Source of the DNA: Naegleria gruberi
Lineage: Eukaryota
Assembly: GCA_000004985.1 (NCBI GenBank)
Contig: GG739065.1
Reading direction: 5' to 3' (one strand)
DNA length: 8,523 bases
Under the pieces are notes generated by a model. The model saw nothing but the letters and a program-made list of their open reading frames with translations, made no database searches and was not told the DNA's origin. The position numbers and the translations under genes are program-made. Shown piece after piece: positions 1 through 8,421 of this stretch (position 1 is its first letter; each line of letters begins with the position of its first letter).

Positions 1-452
1 ATATTGAAATAACTATAAGCCTCATTGTAAAAGTGGAATCCAATGGAAGAAGGTGAATAAACTAAACTTCTCTTGAAAAAGTAAGGCAATATAGAATTGG
101 GATCTCTCATAACATAACCACTATTAAAATCAAAAGCAATAGTTCTGGATAATCCTGAAAATGGATGAATACTACTTGTCAAGAATGCCAAAACTCTCTC
201 AGCAACCTTATCCACAATGGTACTGGACAATTCATTGAGAGCATTTGCAGAGCCAATATATGAAGCTAGCCAAATAGATATCGAGCATACCAACAACAAC
301 AAGACAATTAGCATGATTGTAAATCCTCTAAAGGAACAACAACCATCATATTTTCTTGTTTTTCTCTCAAATAGCAATTGACCTTCATCTTCTTCCGCTT
401 CTTGATTTGCTTTATTTGCTTCATGATCAATCGATTGAGTCTTTACCTTATA
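1..452 (-). CDS. Host protein-coding gene, 3'-ward exon, partial (runs off the window at position 1). It encodes ...YKVKTQSIDHEANKANQEAEEDEGQLLFERKTRKYDGCCSFRGFTIMLIVLLLLVCSISIWLASYIGSANALNELSSTIVDKVAERVLAFLTSSIHPFSGLSRTIAFDFNSGYVMRDPNSILPYFFKRSLVYSPSSIGFHFYNEAYSYFN... This is a charged N-terminal segment, one hydrophobic signal-anchor/TM segment, then a soluble domain, i.e. type II membrane topology. Function unknown.
   Basis: Hand translation of the minus strand gives an open frame of 150 codons from 452 to the window edge. It is absent from the ORF track only because it has no stop inside the window. The amino-acid composition is protein-like, with a 20-residue hydrophobic stretch after the in-frame Met at 314..312. 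Codon usage is yeast-like (AGA, TTG, GGT, CCA). Confidence 0.6.
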
Positions 453-514
453 CTACAAGCACCAACATTATCATCAACATATTAAATAAAAACAAATAAG
501 AAAACACCACTTAC
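453..514 (-). other. Putative 62-nt spliceosomal intron (minus strand: GTAAGT ... TTGGTGCTTGTAG)
   Basis: Minus-strand GTAAGT lies at 514..509, immediately after 9 codons that follow an ATG. The intron ends in YAG at 454..453. A TAG stop lies immediately before codon 452 in the downstream frame, so the upstream 46 open codons cannot be reached without splicing or an internal start. Splicing joins the ATG exon in phase 0. No yeast-type TACTAAC branch point is present; the best candidate is TGATAAT, about 16 nt from the 3' splice site. Confidence 0.4.
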
Positions 515-541
515 ATGATTGCTTGTTGGATGAACGCGCAT
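515..541 (-). CDS. Putative first micro-exon of the same host gene (MRVHPTSNH), with ATG at 541..539
   Basis: ATG CGC GTT CAT CCA ACA AGC AAT CAT is followed directly by the GTAAGT donor. The alternative model is no intron and translation starting at Met 314..312 (MLIVLLLL...). The two models cannot be separated without transcript data. Confidence 0.35.
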
Positions 542-717
542 TTTCTCTAACTTTTTGTCTTGTAGTGCAAGGGTCGCATCTTTCAACACCTTTCACCCCC
601 TCAATCAATCGTGATGCATCTTGTTTTATCATTTATCGAGAGATTATTGAAGACTAGTTCTAGAGATATGCTTGAATACTGGATAATACGGTATTTACAG
701 TAATTGAGCGTATGGCC

Positions 718-729
718 ATATATATATAT
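718..729. repeat. (AT)6 dinucleotide microsatellite / TATA-like element
   Basis: Read directly as atatatatatat, about 180 bp upstream (minus-strand sense) of ATG 541. It is palindromic, so it could act as a TATA element for either divergent gene. Confidence 0.7.
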
Positions 730-1397
730 TGATGAATCGTTAAATACTTAATTGGCCTTGCATTGTTGAAGATTAATGCTTGAATATGCCTCCCAAGTGG
801 TGTTTTGTCATTGAGCCTTGAAGGTTTTTCGGTTAAGAGCGACCCACGTTATGGATGGGTTGATTTGGTTTTCTAATCAGTTGAATTAAGGTTGAAAAGA
901 ATCATTGCAACAAGAACGAAGTATTGATAGAGGGAGTTTGTTCAAGTTCTGATTTTTGATAGGAAATGGCGAATTCAATTTTTGAAGCAACTAAAACGAT
1001 CACTAGGTTCATGTGCATCGATACTACTAAACAACGTTTCTTGGATTANAAAGACAAAACATGAAGAATAAACCAGTTCGCTACTATTTCAAGCTGCACT
1101 CATTAATTGGAAGTTGAAACAAAAATGTAGATATTCTCTCCCAAACATATTGATGTAAAATGTGTAAATGGATATTTTCACAATTCACTATTCGAATCTG
1201 AACTAATTGGTTTTTTTTTCAAAATCTCTAGTTTTGAAATGCTGATTTTTGTGAAGGATCTCCAGTTCATGTTTCGGCAAATTTATCTAATTATCTGCCC
1301 AACTATTCTCCATAACCTGATAATTTTAATCTCAGCTTCCAATTCTGAAATATTCCCAATACAATTCATGTCATTGTCAACATCTCCGATTGGTAAT

Positions 1398-1404
1398 TAT
1401 AAAA
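1398..1404 (+). promoter_or_regulatory. Candidate TATA box (TATAAAA) for the plus-strand gene starting at 1722
   Basis: It is an exact TATAAAA about 320 bp upstream of the ATG. That distance is plausible for fungal-type promoters, but this is only a motif match. Confidence 0.25.
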
Positions 1405-1563
1405 CGAATTGCGTTCCATATTTGTATCCAATTAGATATCATTGTATTGGGGTGTTACCTTCTCCTGTTATATCCAAAGATTCCTGAAAGTTAAATTGAA
1501 ATGTTACAGAGATGCGAGATTGCATATTACTAGAGTCAATCTCGACTATGGTAGCGTTTCAAT

Positions 1564-1581
1564 TTGACGAAACTTGACGAA
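1564..1581 (+). promoter_or_regulatory. Two direct copies of TTGACGAA with starts exactly 10 bp apart (1564..1571 and 1574..1581). This is a candidate bZIP/ATF-CRE-like (TGACG core) transcription-factor site pair.
   Basis: Read directly from the sequence. It lies about 150 bp upstream of ATG 1722. The 10-bp phasing places both copies on the same helical face. Assigning a specific factor is inference only. Confidence 0.25.
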
Positions 1582-1721
1582 GCAAGCCTTTGAAATCGTT
1601 TGATTTAAATCACCAGGAAGACTTGTGGAAATAAAGAGCTGTAGTCTTGACTCTGATAATCAAACAAACAAAAAAAAAGCCTTCAACAAAACCAAATCAA
1701 ACAAAATTGACATTTCTCACA

Positions 1722-1830
1722 ATGTACAATAAATTCAGTATCGTTGAGTTTCAATCTGCTACAAAGGTTTCTCAAAAGAATTCGAAACCACAACAACAAA
1801 ACATGTTTCAATTCACAAGCATGATGAAGA
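1722..1830 (+). CDS. 5' end of a host protein-coding gene (MYNKFSIVEFQSATKVSQKNSKPQQQNMFQFTSMMK...). It is truncated by the assembly gap, and its function is unknown.
   Basis: The ATG sits in a good eukaryotic context (cacaATGt, A at -3) and is preceded by an A-rich leader. The ORF track starts this frame at a TTG at 1647, which is not a credible eukaryotic start. The frame is open to the first N at 1831. Confidence 0.5.
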
Positions 1831-4800
1831 NNNNNNNNNNNNNNNNNNNNNNNNNNNNNNNNNNNNNNNNNNNNNNNNNNNNNNNNNNNNNNNNNNNNNN
1901 NNNNNNNNNNNNNNNNNNNNNNNNNNNNNNNNNNNNNNNNNNNNNNNNNNNNNNNNNNNNNNNNNNNNNNNNNNNNNNNNNNNNNNNNNNNNNNNNNNNN
2001 NNNNNNNNNNNNNNNNNNNNNNNNNNNNNNNNNNNNNNNNNNNNNNNNNNNNNNNNNNNNNNNNNNNNNNNNNNNNNNNNNNNNNNNNNNNNNNNNNNNN
2101 NNNNNNNNNNNNNNNNNNNNNNNNNNNNNNNNNNNNNNNNNNNNNNNNNNNNNNNNNNNNNNNNNNNNNNNNNNNNNNNNNNNNNNNNNNNNNNNNNNNN
2201 NNNNNNNNNNNNNNNNNNNNNNNNNNNNNNNNNNNNNNNNNNNNNNNNNNNNNNNNNNNNNNNNNNNNNNNNNNNNNNNNNNNNNNNNNNNNNNNNNNNN
2301 NNNNNNNNNNNNNNNNNNNNNNNNNNNNNNNNNNNNNNNNNNNNNNNNNNNNNNNNNNNNNNNNNNNNNNNNNNNNNNNNNNNNNNNNNNNNNNNNNNNN
2401 NNNNNNNNNNNNNNNNNNNNNNNNNNNNNNNNNNNNNNNNNNNNNNNNNNNNNNNNNNNNNNNNNNNNNNNNNNNNNNNNNNNNNNNNNNNNNNNNNNNN
2501 NNNNNNNNNNNNNNNNNNNNNNNNNNNNNNNNNNNNNNNNNNNNNNNNNNNNNNNNNNNNNNNNNNNNNNNNNNNNNNNNNNNNNNNNNNNNNNNNNNNN
2601 NNNNNNNNNNNNNNNNNNNNNNNNNNNNNNNNNNNNNNNNNNNNNNNNNNNNNNNNNNNNNNNNNNNNNNNNNNNNNNNNNNNNNNNNNNNNNNNNNNNN
2701 NNNNNNNNNNNNNNNNNNNNNNNNNNNNNNNNNNNNNNNNNNNNNNNNNNNNNNNNNNNNNNNNNNNNNNNNNNNNNNNNNNNNNNNNNNNNNNNNNNNN
2801 NNNNNNNNNNNNNNNNNNNNNNNNNNNNNNNNNNNNNNNNNNNNNNNNNNNNNNNNNNNNNNNNNNNNNNNNNNNNNNNNNNNNNNNNNNNNNNNNNNNN
2901 NNNNNNNNNNNNNNNNNNNNNNNNNNNNNNNNNNNNNNNNNNNNNNNNNNNNNNNNNNNNNNNNNNNNNNNNNNNNNNNNNNNNNNNNNNNNNNNNNNNN
3001 NNNNNNNNNNNNNNNNNNNNNNNNNNNNNNNNNNNNNNNNNNNNNNNNNNNNNNNNNNNNNNNNNNNNNNNNNNNNNNNNNNNNNNNNNNNNNNNNNNNN
3101 NNNNNNNNNNNNNNNNNNNNNNNNNNNNNNNNNNNNNNNNNNNNNNNNNNNNNNNNNNNNNNNNNNNNNNNNNNNNNNNNNNNNNNNNNNNNNNNNNNNN
3201 NNNNNNNNNNNNNNNNNNNNNNNNNNNNNNNNNNNNNNNNNNNNNNNNNNNNNNNNNNNNNNNNNNNNNNNNNNNNNNNNNNNNNNNNNNNNNNNNNNNN
3301 NNNNNNNNNNNNNNNNNNNNNNNNNNNNNNNNNNNNNNNNNNNNNNNNNNNNNNNNNNNNNNNNNNNNNNNNNNNNNNNNNNNNNNNNNNNNNNNNNNNN
3401 NNNNNNNNNNNNNNNNNNNNNNNNNNNNNNNNNNNNNNNNNNNNNNNNNNNNNNNNNNNNNNNNNNNNNNNNNNNNNNNNNNNNNNNNNNNNNNNNNNNN
3501 NNNNNNNNNNNNNNNNNNNNNNNNNNNNNNNNNNNNNNNNNNNNNNNNNNNNNNNNNNNNNNNNNNNNNNNNNNNNNNNNNNNNNNNNNNNNNNNNNNNN
3601 NNNNNNNNNNNNNNNNNNNNNNNNNNNNNNNNNNNNNNNNNNNNNNNNNNNNNNNNNNNNNNNNNNNNNNNNNNNNNNNNNNNNNNNNNNNNNNNNNNNN
3701 NNNNNNNNNNNNNNNNNNNNNNNNNNNNNNNNNNNNNNNNNNNNNNNNNNNNNNNNNNNNNNNNNNNNNNNNNNNNNNNNNNNNNNNNNNNNNNNNNNNN
3801 NNNNNNNNNNNNNNNNNNNNNNNNNNNNNNNNNNNNNNNNNNNNNNNNNNNNNNNNNNNNNNNNNNNNNNNNNNNNNNNNNNNNNNNNNNNNNNNNNNNN
3901 NNNNNNNNNNNNNNNNNNNNNNNNNNNNNNNNNNNNNNNNNNNNNNNNNNNNNNNNNNNNNNNNNNNNNNNNNNNNNNNNNNNNNNNNNNNNNNNNNNNN
4001 NNNNNNNNNNNNNNNNNNNNNNNNNNNNNNNNNNNNNNNNNNNNNNNNNNNNNNNNNNNNNNNNNNNNNNNNNNNNNNNNNNNNNNNNNNNNNNNNNNNN
4101 NNNNNNNNNNNNNNNNNNNNNNNNNNNNNNNNNNNNNNNNNNNNNNNNNNNNNNNNNNNNNNNNNNNNNNNNNNNNNNNNNNNNNNNNNNNNNNNNNNNN
4201 NNNNNNNNNNNNNNNNNNNNNNNNNNNNNNNNNNNNNNNNNNNNNNNNNNNNNNNNNNNNNNNNNNNNNNNNNNNNNNNNNNNNNNNNNNNNNNNNNNNN
4301 NNNNNNNNNNNNNNNNNNNNNNNNNNNNNNNNNNNNNNNNNNNNNNNNNNNNNNNNNNNNNNNNNNNNNNNNNNNNNNNNNNNNNNNNNNNNNNNNNNNN
4401 NNNNNNNNNNNNNNNNNNNNNNNNNNNNNNNNNNNNNNNNNNNNNNNNNNNNNNNNNNNNNNNNNNNNNNNNNNNNNNNNNNNNNNNNNNNNNNNNNNNN
4501 NNNNNNNNNNNNNNNNNNNNNNNNNNNNNNNNNNNNNNNNNNNNNNNNNNNNNNNNNNNNNNNNNNNNNNNNNNNNNNNNNNNNNNNNNNNNNNNNNNNN
4601 NNNNNNNNNNNNNNNNNNNNNNNNNNNNNNNNNNNNNNNNNNNNNNNNNNNNNNNNNNNNNNNNNNNNNNNNNNNNNNNNNNNNNNNNNNNNNNNNNNNN
4701 NNNNNNNNNNNNNNNNNNNNNNNNNNNNNNNNNNNNNNNNNNNNNNNNNNNNNNNNNNNNNNNNNNNNNNNNNNNNNNNNNNNNNNNNNNNNNNNNNNNN

Positions 4801-6239
4801 NNNNNNNNNNNNNNNNNNNNNNNNNNNNNNNNNNNNNNNNNNNNNNNNNNNNNNNNNNNNNNNNNNNNNNNNNNNNNNNNNNNNNNNNNNNNNNNNNNNN
4901 NNNNNNNNNNNNNNNNNNNNNNNNNNNNNNNNNNNNNNNNNNNNNNNNNNNNNNNNNNNNNNNNNNNNNNNNNNNNNNNNNNNNNNNNNNNNNNNNNNNN
5001 NNNNNNNNNNNNNNNNNNNNNNNNNNNNNNNNNNNNNNNNNNNNNNNNNNNNNNNNNNNNNNNNNNNNNNNNNNNNNNNNNNNNNNNNNNNNNNNNNNNN
5101 NNNNNNNNNNNNNNNNNNNNNNNNNNNNNNNNNNNNNNNNNNNNNNNNNNNNNNNNNNNNNNNNNNNNNNNNNNNNNNNNNNNNNNNNNNNNNNNNNNNN
5201 NNNNNNNNNNNNNNNNNNNNNNNNNNNNNNNNNNNNNNNNNNNNNNNNNNNNNNNNNNNNNNNNNNNNNNNNNNNNNNNNNNNNNNNNNNNNNNNNNNNN
5301 NNNNNNNNNNNNNNNNNNNNNNNNNNNNNNNNNNNNNNNNNNNNNNNNNNNNNNNNNNNNNNNNNNNNNNNNNNNNNNNNNNNNNNNNNNNNNNNNNNNN
5401 NNNNNNNNNNNNNNNNNNNNNNNNNNNNNNNNNNNNNNNNNNNNNNNNNNNNNNNNNNNNNNNNNNNNNNNNNNNNNNNNNNNNNNNNNNNNNNNNNNNN
5501 NNNNNNNNNNNNNNNNNNNNNNNNNNNNNNNNNNNNNNNNNNNNNNNNNNNNNNNNNNNNNNNNNNNNNNNNNNNNNNNNNNNNNNNNNNNNNNNNNNNN
5601 NNNNNNNNNNNNNNNNNNNNNNNNNNNNNNNNNNNNNNNNNNNNNNNNNNNNNNNNNNNNNNNNNNNNNNNNNNNNNNNNNNNNNNNNNNNNNNNNNNNN
5701 NNNNNNNNNNNNNNNNNNNNNNNNNNNNNNNNNNNNNNNNNNNNNNNNNNNNNNNNNNNNNNNNNNNNNNNNNNNNNNNNNNNNNNNNNNNNNNNNNNNN
5801 NNNNNNNNNNNNNNNNNNNNNNNNNNNNNNNNNNNNNNNNNNNNNNNNNNNNNNNNNNNNNNNNNNNNNNNNNNNNNNNNNNNNNNNNNNNNNNNNNNNN
5901 NNNNNNNNNNNNNNNNNNNNNNNNNNNNNNNNNNNNNNNNNNNNNNNNNNNNNNNNNNNNNNNNNNNNNNNNNNNNNNNNNNNNNNNNNNNNNNNNNNNN
6001 NNNNNNNNNNNNNNNNNNNNNNNNNNNNNNNNNNNNNNNNNNNNNNNNNNNNNNNNNNNNNNNNNNNNNNNNNNNNNNNNNNNNNNNNNNNNNNNNNNNN
6101 NNNNNNNNNNNNNNNNNNNNNNNNNNNNNNNNNNNNNNNNNNNNNNNNNNNNNNNNNNNNNNNNNNNNNNNNNNNNNNNNNNNNNNNNNNNNNNNNNNNN
6201 NNNNNNNNNNNNNNNNNNNNNNNNNNNNNNNNNNNNNNN
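1831..6239. other. Assembly gap: 4,409 consecutive N
   Basis: An uninterrupted run of n. All long ORFs spanning it in the track (poly-X translations) are artefacts. Confidence 0.99.
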
Positions 6240-6306
6240 ACAATCGTCATCCACAGAAAGAGAATTTCAATTTCTTCACCACACAACCATCATCCTCTTG
6301 TCTTCG

Positions 6307-8421
6307 TCATCGCTTTGATAAAAAATAAAGGGATGTATTTATTAAATTAGAAAGACTATTCCTGCTCAAGTCCCAAGCTGTAGAAAATTTGGCAGTCTTG
6401 GGCTTGATCATATATCCTCTTTTGTTTCTTAATTGGGAGCAACTATTCCACGTGCTGTTTTTATAGCAGCTTCCAACATATGAGGCAAAAGCACAATATA
6501 TATCAGTGCTCCATTCAGTCAAGAGTTTGTTGAATTGAAAGTTTGGGTTGTTATGGATTACTCCATTCCAATCCATGTTGATCGTGAGTGGAGAGTGGTC
6601 AGGTGGGAGTTTGACTTCAGCAGTGTTGTGTTTGGCGGATGATTCGTTCCATTTCTTGTACAAGAGGGAGAGTTCAGATTTGCACATTATGCATTCGGAG
6701 AAGACATGTTCCCAAGTTGCTTTTTTGTTACATACATGGCAGGAAGGGTACTTCTTGTTGAGTTTGTTGCCTCTGGGAGCTAATATTTGAGTGTGGTGTA
6801 GCTGAGCGAATAGCATTCGTTGATGGAAGTGGTTGAGTTTGTGGTTGTTCCAAAAGGAAGTAGTAATAGGATGCCATGAGTTGGCAAGATCTAGTTTTCC
6901 CATACTGGATGGCTTGATGGATTCTTTGGATCTATAATGAAATAGAAGCTCTGTTCTGGGGCATACTACATTGCCATATTGATTAACGAATTGGTAGGTA
7001 TTATCTATTGTTTGGAGTGACCAATTAAGGGAGGATACGGTTTCTTTTACAGTATTCCAGAAAGGATCGTTAAGTTGGTGATTCCATGCTGCTAACGCAA
7101 TATTGCTTGTGATGGTGGATGTAGAGTTGAACATTCTTAAAGCGGTGCACACTGGTTCAATCGTGTAGAGATAAGAGGGCATGGTGAGTCCTAATCCACC
7201 TTCAGCTTTGGAGCCGTAAATGACTGTTTTAGAGGTCATGTTGTCTAGGCCAACTGAGGTTCTAAGGTGTTCTGCGACTAGGACGTCCAGGCGTTGAAGG
7301 TCTTTCAGGTTGGCACCACCAAATCCACAAGAGTATCTTGGAAGTGACACTATTTTGGACATTGTGGTTGTGGTAATGGTGTTCAGTTTGAGGTTTTTAG
7401 ATTTCTTATTCGCCAAGCGTTCTTCAGCTTTAGGGAGGAGTTCATCTGATGTCCATGTTGGGAGGCCCTTTTCAAGTTTACAAGTTCCTCCTAAGTAATC
7501 GACAGATTCTTCAGAGACAAATTTAACATCCTTAAACTCTAGTTTGCAGGGTGAAAGAGTGGCATGTTTGGTGACAGCAAATAGTGAACATTTGAGGAGT
7601 GCAAGGGCTAACCCTAGATGTTCAAGTTCCTTGTTAAGGAGTTTAAGAGCACTCAGCATCTCTTTTTTAGAGTTGGCTACTAACAATATGTCATCAGCAT
7701 AAAGTAGCAGCTTGAGTTTGATGTTAAATACATCAATACCATTATGCTCAGAGCAAATGTTGGTGCAGGAATTGATGTACACATTGAAAAGTGCAGGACT
7801 AATGGGGTCACCTTGTGGTACACCAACTTTTGATTGGAATGGGCTTGAGCAGTGTCCATTAATGAGCACCTTAATAACACCATTGGATAACATGTTTGCA
7901 ATGAGGTTGGTGAAGGTTTCGTGAAACCCTAACTTCTTCAATATATTCACGAGTCTACCATGAATTACTGATCCGTAGGCGTTTTTGATATCGAGTGCCA
8001 TGGTGAAAATTGGTTGCTTATGTTGTATCTTAAATGCCAGAGCAGTTCTAAGGGTGATGAGGTGATCAATGGTACCACCTTTCTTCATAAATCCACGTTG
8101 TGAAGGGTGGATAATATTGGCCTGTTCTAGGATACTCATGAACTGTTGGTTAATAATTGTTGAGAACAGTCTGTATAGGACTGATAGAACTACAATAGGC
8201 CTGAAGTCACTAAGGGAGGTTGGCTGGTTGATTTTGGGAAGGGGTAATAGTATACCAACTCCCAGTTCTTTGGGGACACTTTGAGAGTGTATGGTGTCAT
8301 TTATGGCATTGGCTAGGACTTGCAGGGAACTTTTGTCTAGTGTGTTCTTATCGAAGTTTACTGAGATAAAGTAGTGTTTCTTGAAAACAACAATTGAATA
8401 AACTAATAATAGAAAGTATGC
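6307..8421 (-). CDS. LINE ORF2-like reverse transcriptase, about 704 codons including the TGA stop at 6309..6307. The frame is continuous from 8421; the annotated ATG at 8139 is internal.
   Basis: Hand-extending the track ORF upstream in frame adds 94 codons with no stop: AYFLLLVYSIVVFKKHYFISVNFDKNTLDKSSLQVLANAINDTIHSQSVPKELGVGILLPLPKINQPTSLSDFRPIVVLSVLYRLFSTIINQQF, then MSILEQ.... The RT motifs are: 0/1 (PKELGVGILLPLPK, FRPIVVLSVLYRLF), 2 (QRGFMKKGGTIDHL), A (FTMALDIKNAYGSV), B' (GVPQGDPISPALFNVYIN), C (LLLYADDILLV, YADD at 7701..7690), E (VDYLGG) and the thumb GGLG (YGSKAEGGLGL). The C-terminal cysteine motif is CHVCNKKATWEHVFSEC. There are no internal stops or frameshifts. Confidence 0.85.
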   Translation of the reverse strand, partial: AYFLLLVYSIVVFKKHYFISVNFDKNTLDKSSLQVLANAINDTIHSQSVPKELGVGILLPLPKINQPTSLSDFRPIVVLSVLYRLFSTIINQQFMSILEQANIIHPSQRGFMKKGGTIDHLITLRTALAFKIQHKQPIFTMALDIKNAYGSVIHGRLVNILKKLGFHETFTNLIANMLSNGVIKVLINGHCSSPFQSKVGVPQGDPISPALFNVYINSCTNICSEHNGIDVFNIKLKLLLYADDILLVANSKKEMLSALKLLNKELEHLGLALALLKCSLFAVTKHATLSPCKLEFKDVKFVSEESVDYLGGTCKLEKGLPTWTSDELLPKAEERLANKKSKNLKLNTITTTTMSKIVSLPRYSCGFGGANLKDLQRLDVLVAEHLRTSVGLDNMTSKTVIYGSKAEGGLGLTMPSYLYTIEPVCTALRMFNSTSTITSNIALAAWNHQLNDPFWNTVKETVSSLNWSLQTIDNTYQFVNQYGNVVCPRTELLFHYRSKESIKPSSMGKLDLANSWHPITTSFWNNHKLNHFHQRMLFAQLHHTQILAPRGNKLNKKYPSCHVCNKKATWEHVFSECIMCKSELSLLYKKWNESSAKHNTAEVKLPPDHSPLTINMDWNGVIHNNPNFQFNKLLTEWSTDIYCAFASYVGSCYKNSTWNSCSQLRNKRGYMIKPKTAKFSTAWDLSRNSLSNLINTSLYFLSKR
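6682..6741 (-). other. C-terminal CX2CX7HX4C(X2C) cysteine-histidine motif of the LINE ORF (CHVCNKKATWEHVFSECIMC), about 125 residues before the stop
   Basis: The cysteine and histidine spacing was read directly from the translation. Its position relative to the RT and the ORF end matches the post-RT CCHC motif of L1/Tad/I/R1/Jockey-type ORF2 proteins. Confidence 0.6.

Larger units (their letters stand above)
542..1721. promoter_or_regulatory. Divergent intergenic/promoter region between the minus-strand gene (ATG 541) and the plus-strand gene (ATG 1722)
   Basis: There is no convincing ORF; the only one, 1239..1487, is low-complexity. The region contains an (AT)6 tract, a T9 tract at 1203..1211, TATAAAA at 1398..1404 and an A-rich leader with A9 at 1670..1678 just upstream of ATG 1722. 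A single ambiguous base n sits at 1049. Confidence 0.4.

Noticed and set aside
1049-1049. Single ambiguous base n
   Set aside because: It is an isolated base-call ambiguity in non-coding sequence, not a feature.
1185-1211. tRNA-like TTCGAATC (T-loop-like) followed by a T9 run that could be a Pol III terminator. This is of interest because some retroelements target tRNA genes.
   Set aside because: The flanking bases do not form a T-stem (cacta versus ctgaa are not complementary). No acceptor, D or anticodon arms can be drawn, and there is no A-box. I judge it a chance motif plus a promoter poly-T tract.
1239-1487. The 82-aa plus-strand ORF in the intergenic region
   Set aside because: Its composition is low-complexity and hydrophobic (LIICPTILHNLIILISASN...). 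It has no start context and sits inside an A/T-rich promoter region, so it is most likely a chance ORF.
6240-6309. R2-type restriction-like endonuclease downstream of the cysteine motif
   Set aside because: Only about 125 residues follow the CCHC motif and they lack the conserved K-P-D...D...K pattern. The architecture fits an L1/Tad-like C-terminus instead.
1647-6350. The very long ORFs on both strands spanning the N run (1647..6350 +, 1683..6254 -, 1808..6286 -, 1813..6243 -)
   Set aside because: They are almost entirely translations of N as X. They are artefacts of the gap, not genes.
8137-8139. ATG at 8139 as the start of the RT protein
   Set aside because: The frame is open and encodes conserved RT domains 0 and 1 for 94 codons upstream of it. 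The methionine is internal (…IINQQF-M-SILEQ…).
6548-8284. Short plus-strand and minus-strand ORFs inside the LINE region (6548..6790 +, 7310..7498 +, 7712..7924 +, 7680..7901 -, 8069..8284 +)
   Set aside because: All overlap the 704-codon RT frame on the opposite strand or in an alternate frame. Their products are not protein-like, so they are shadow ORFs of the RT gene.
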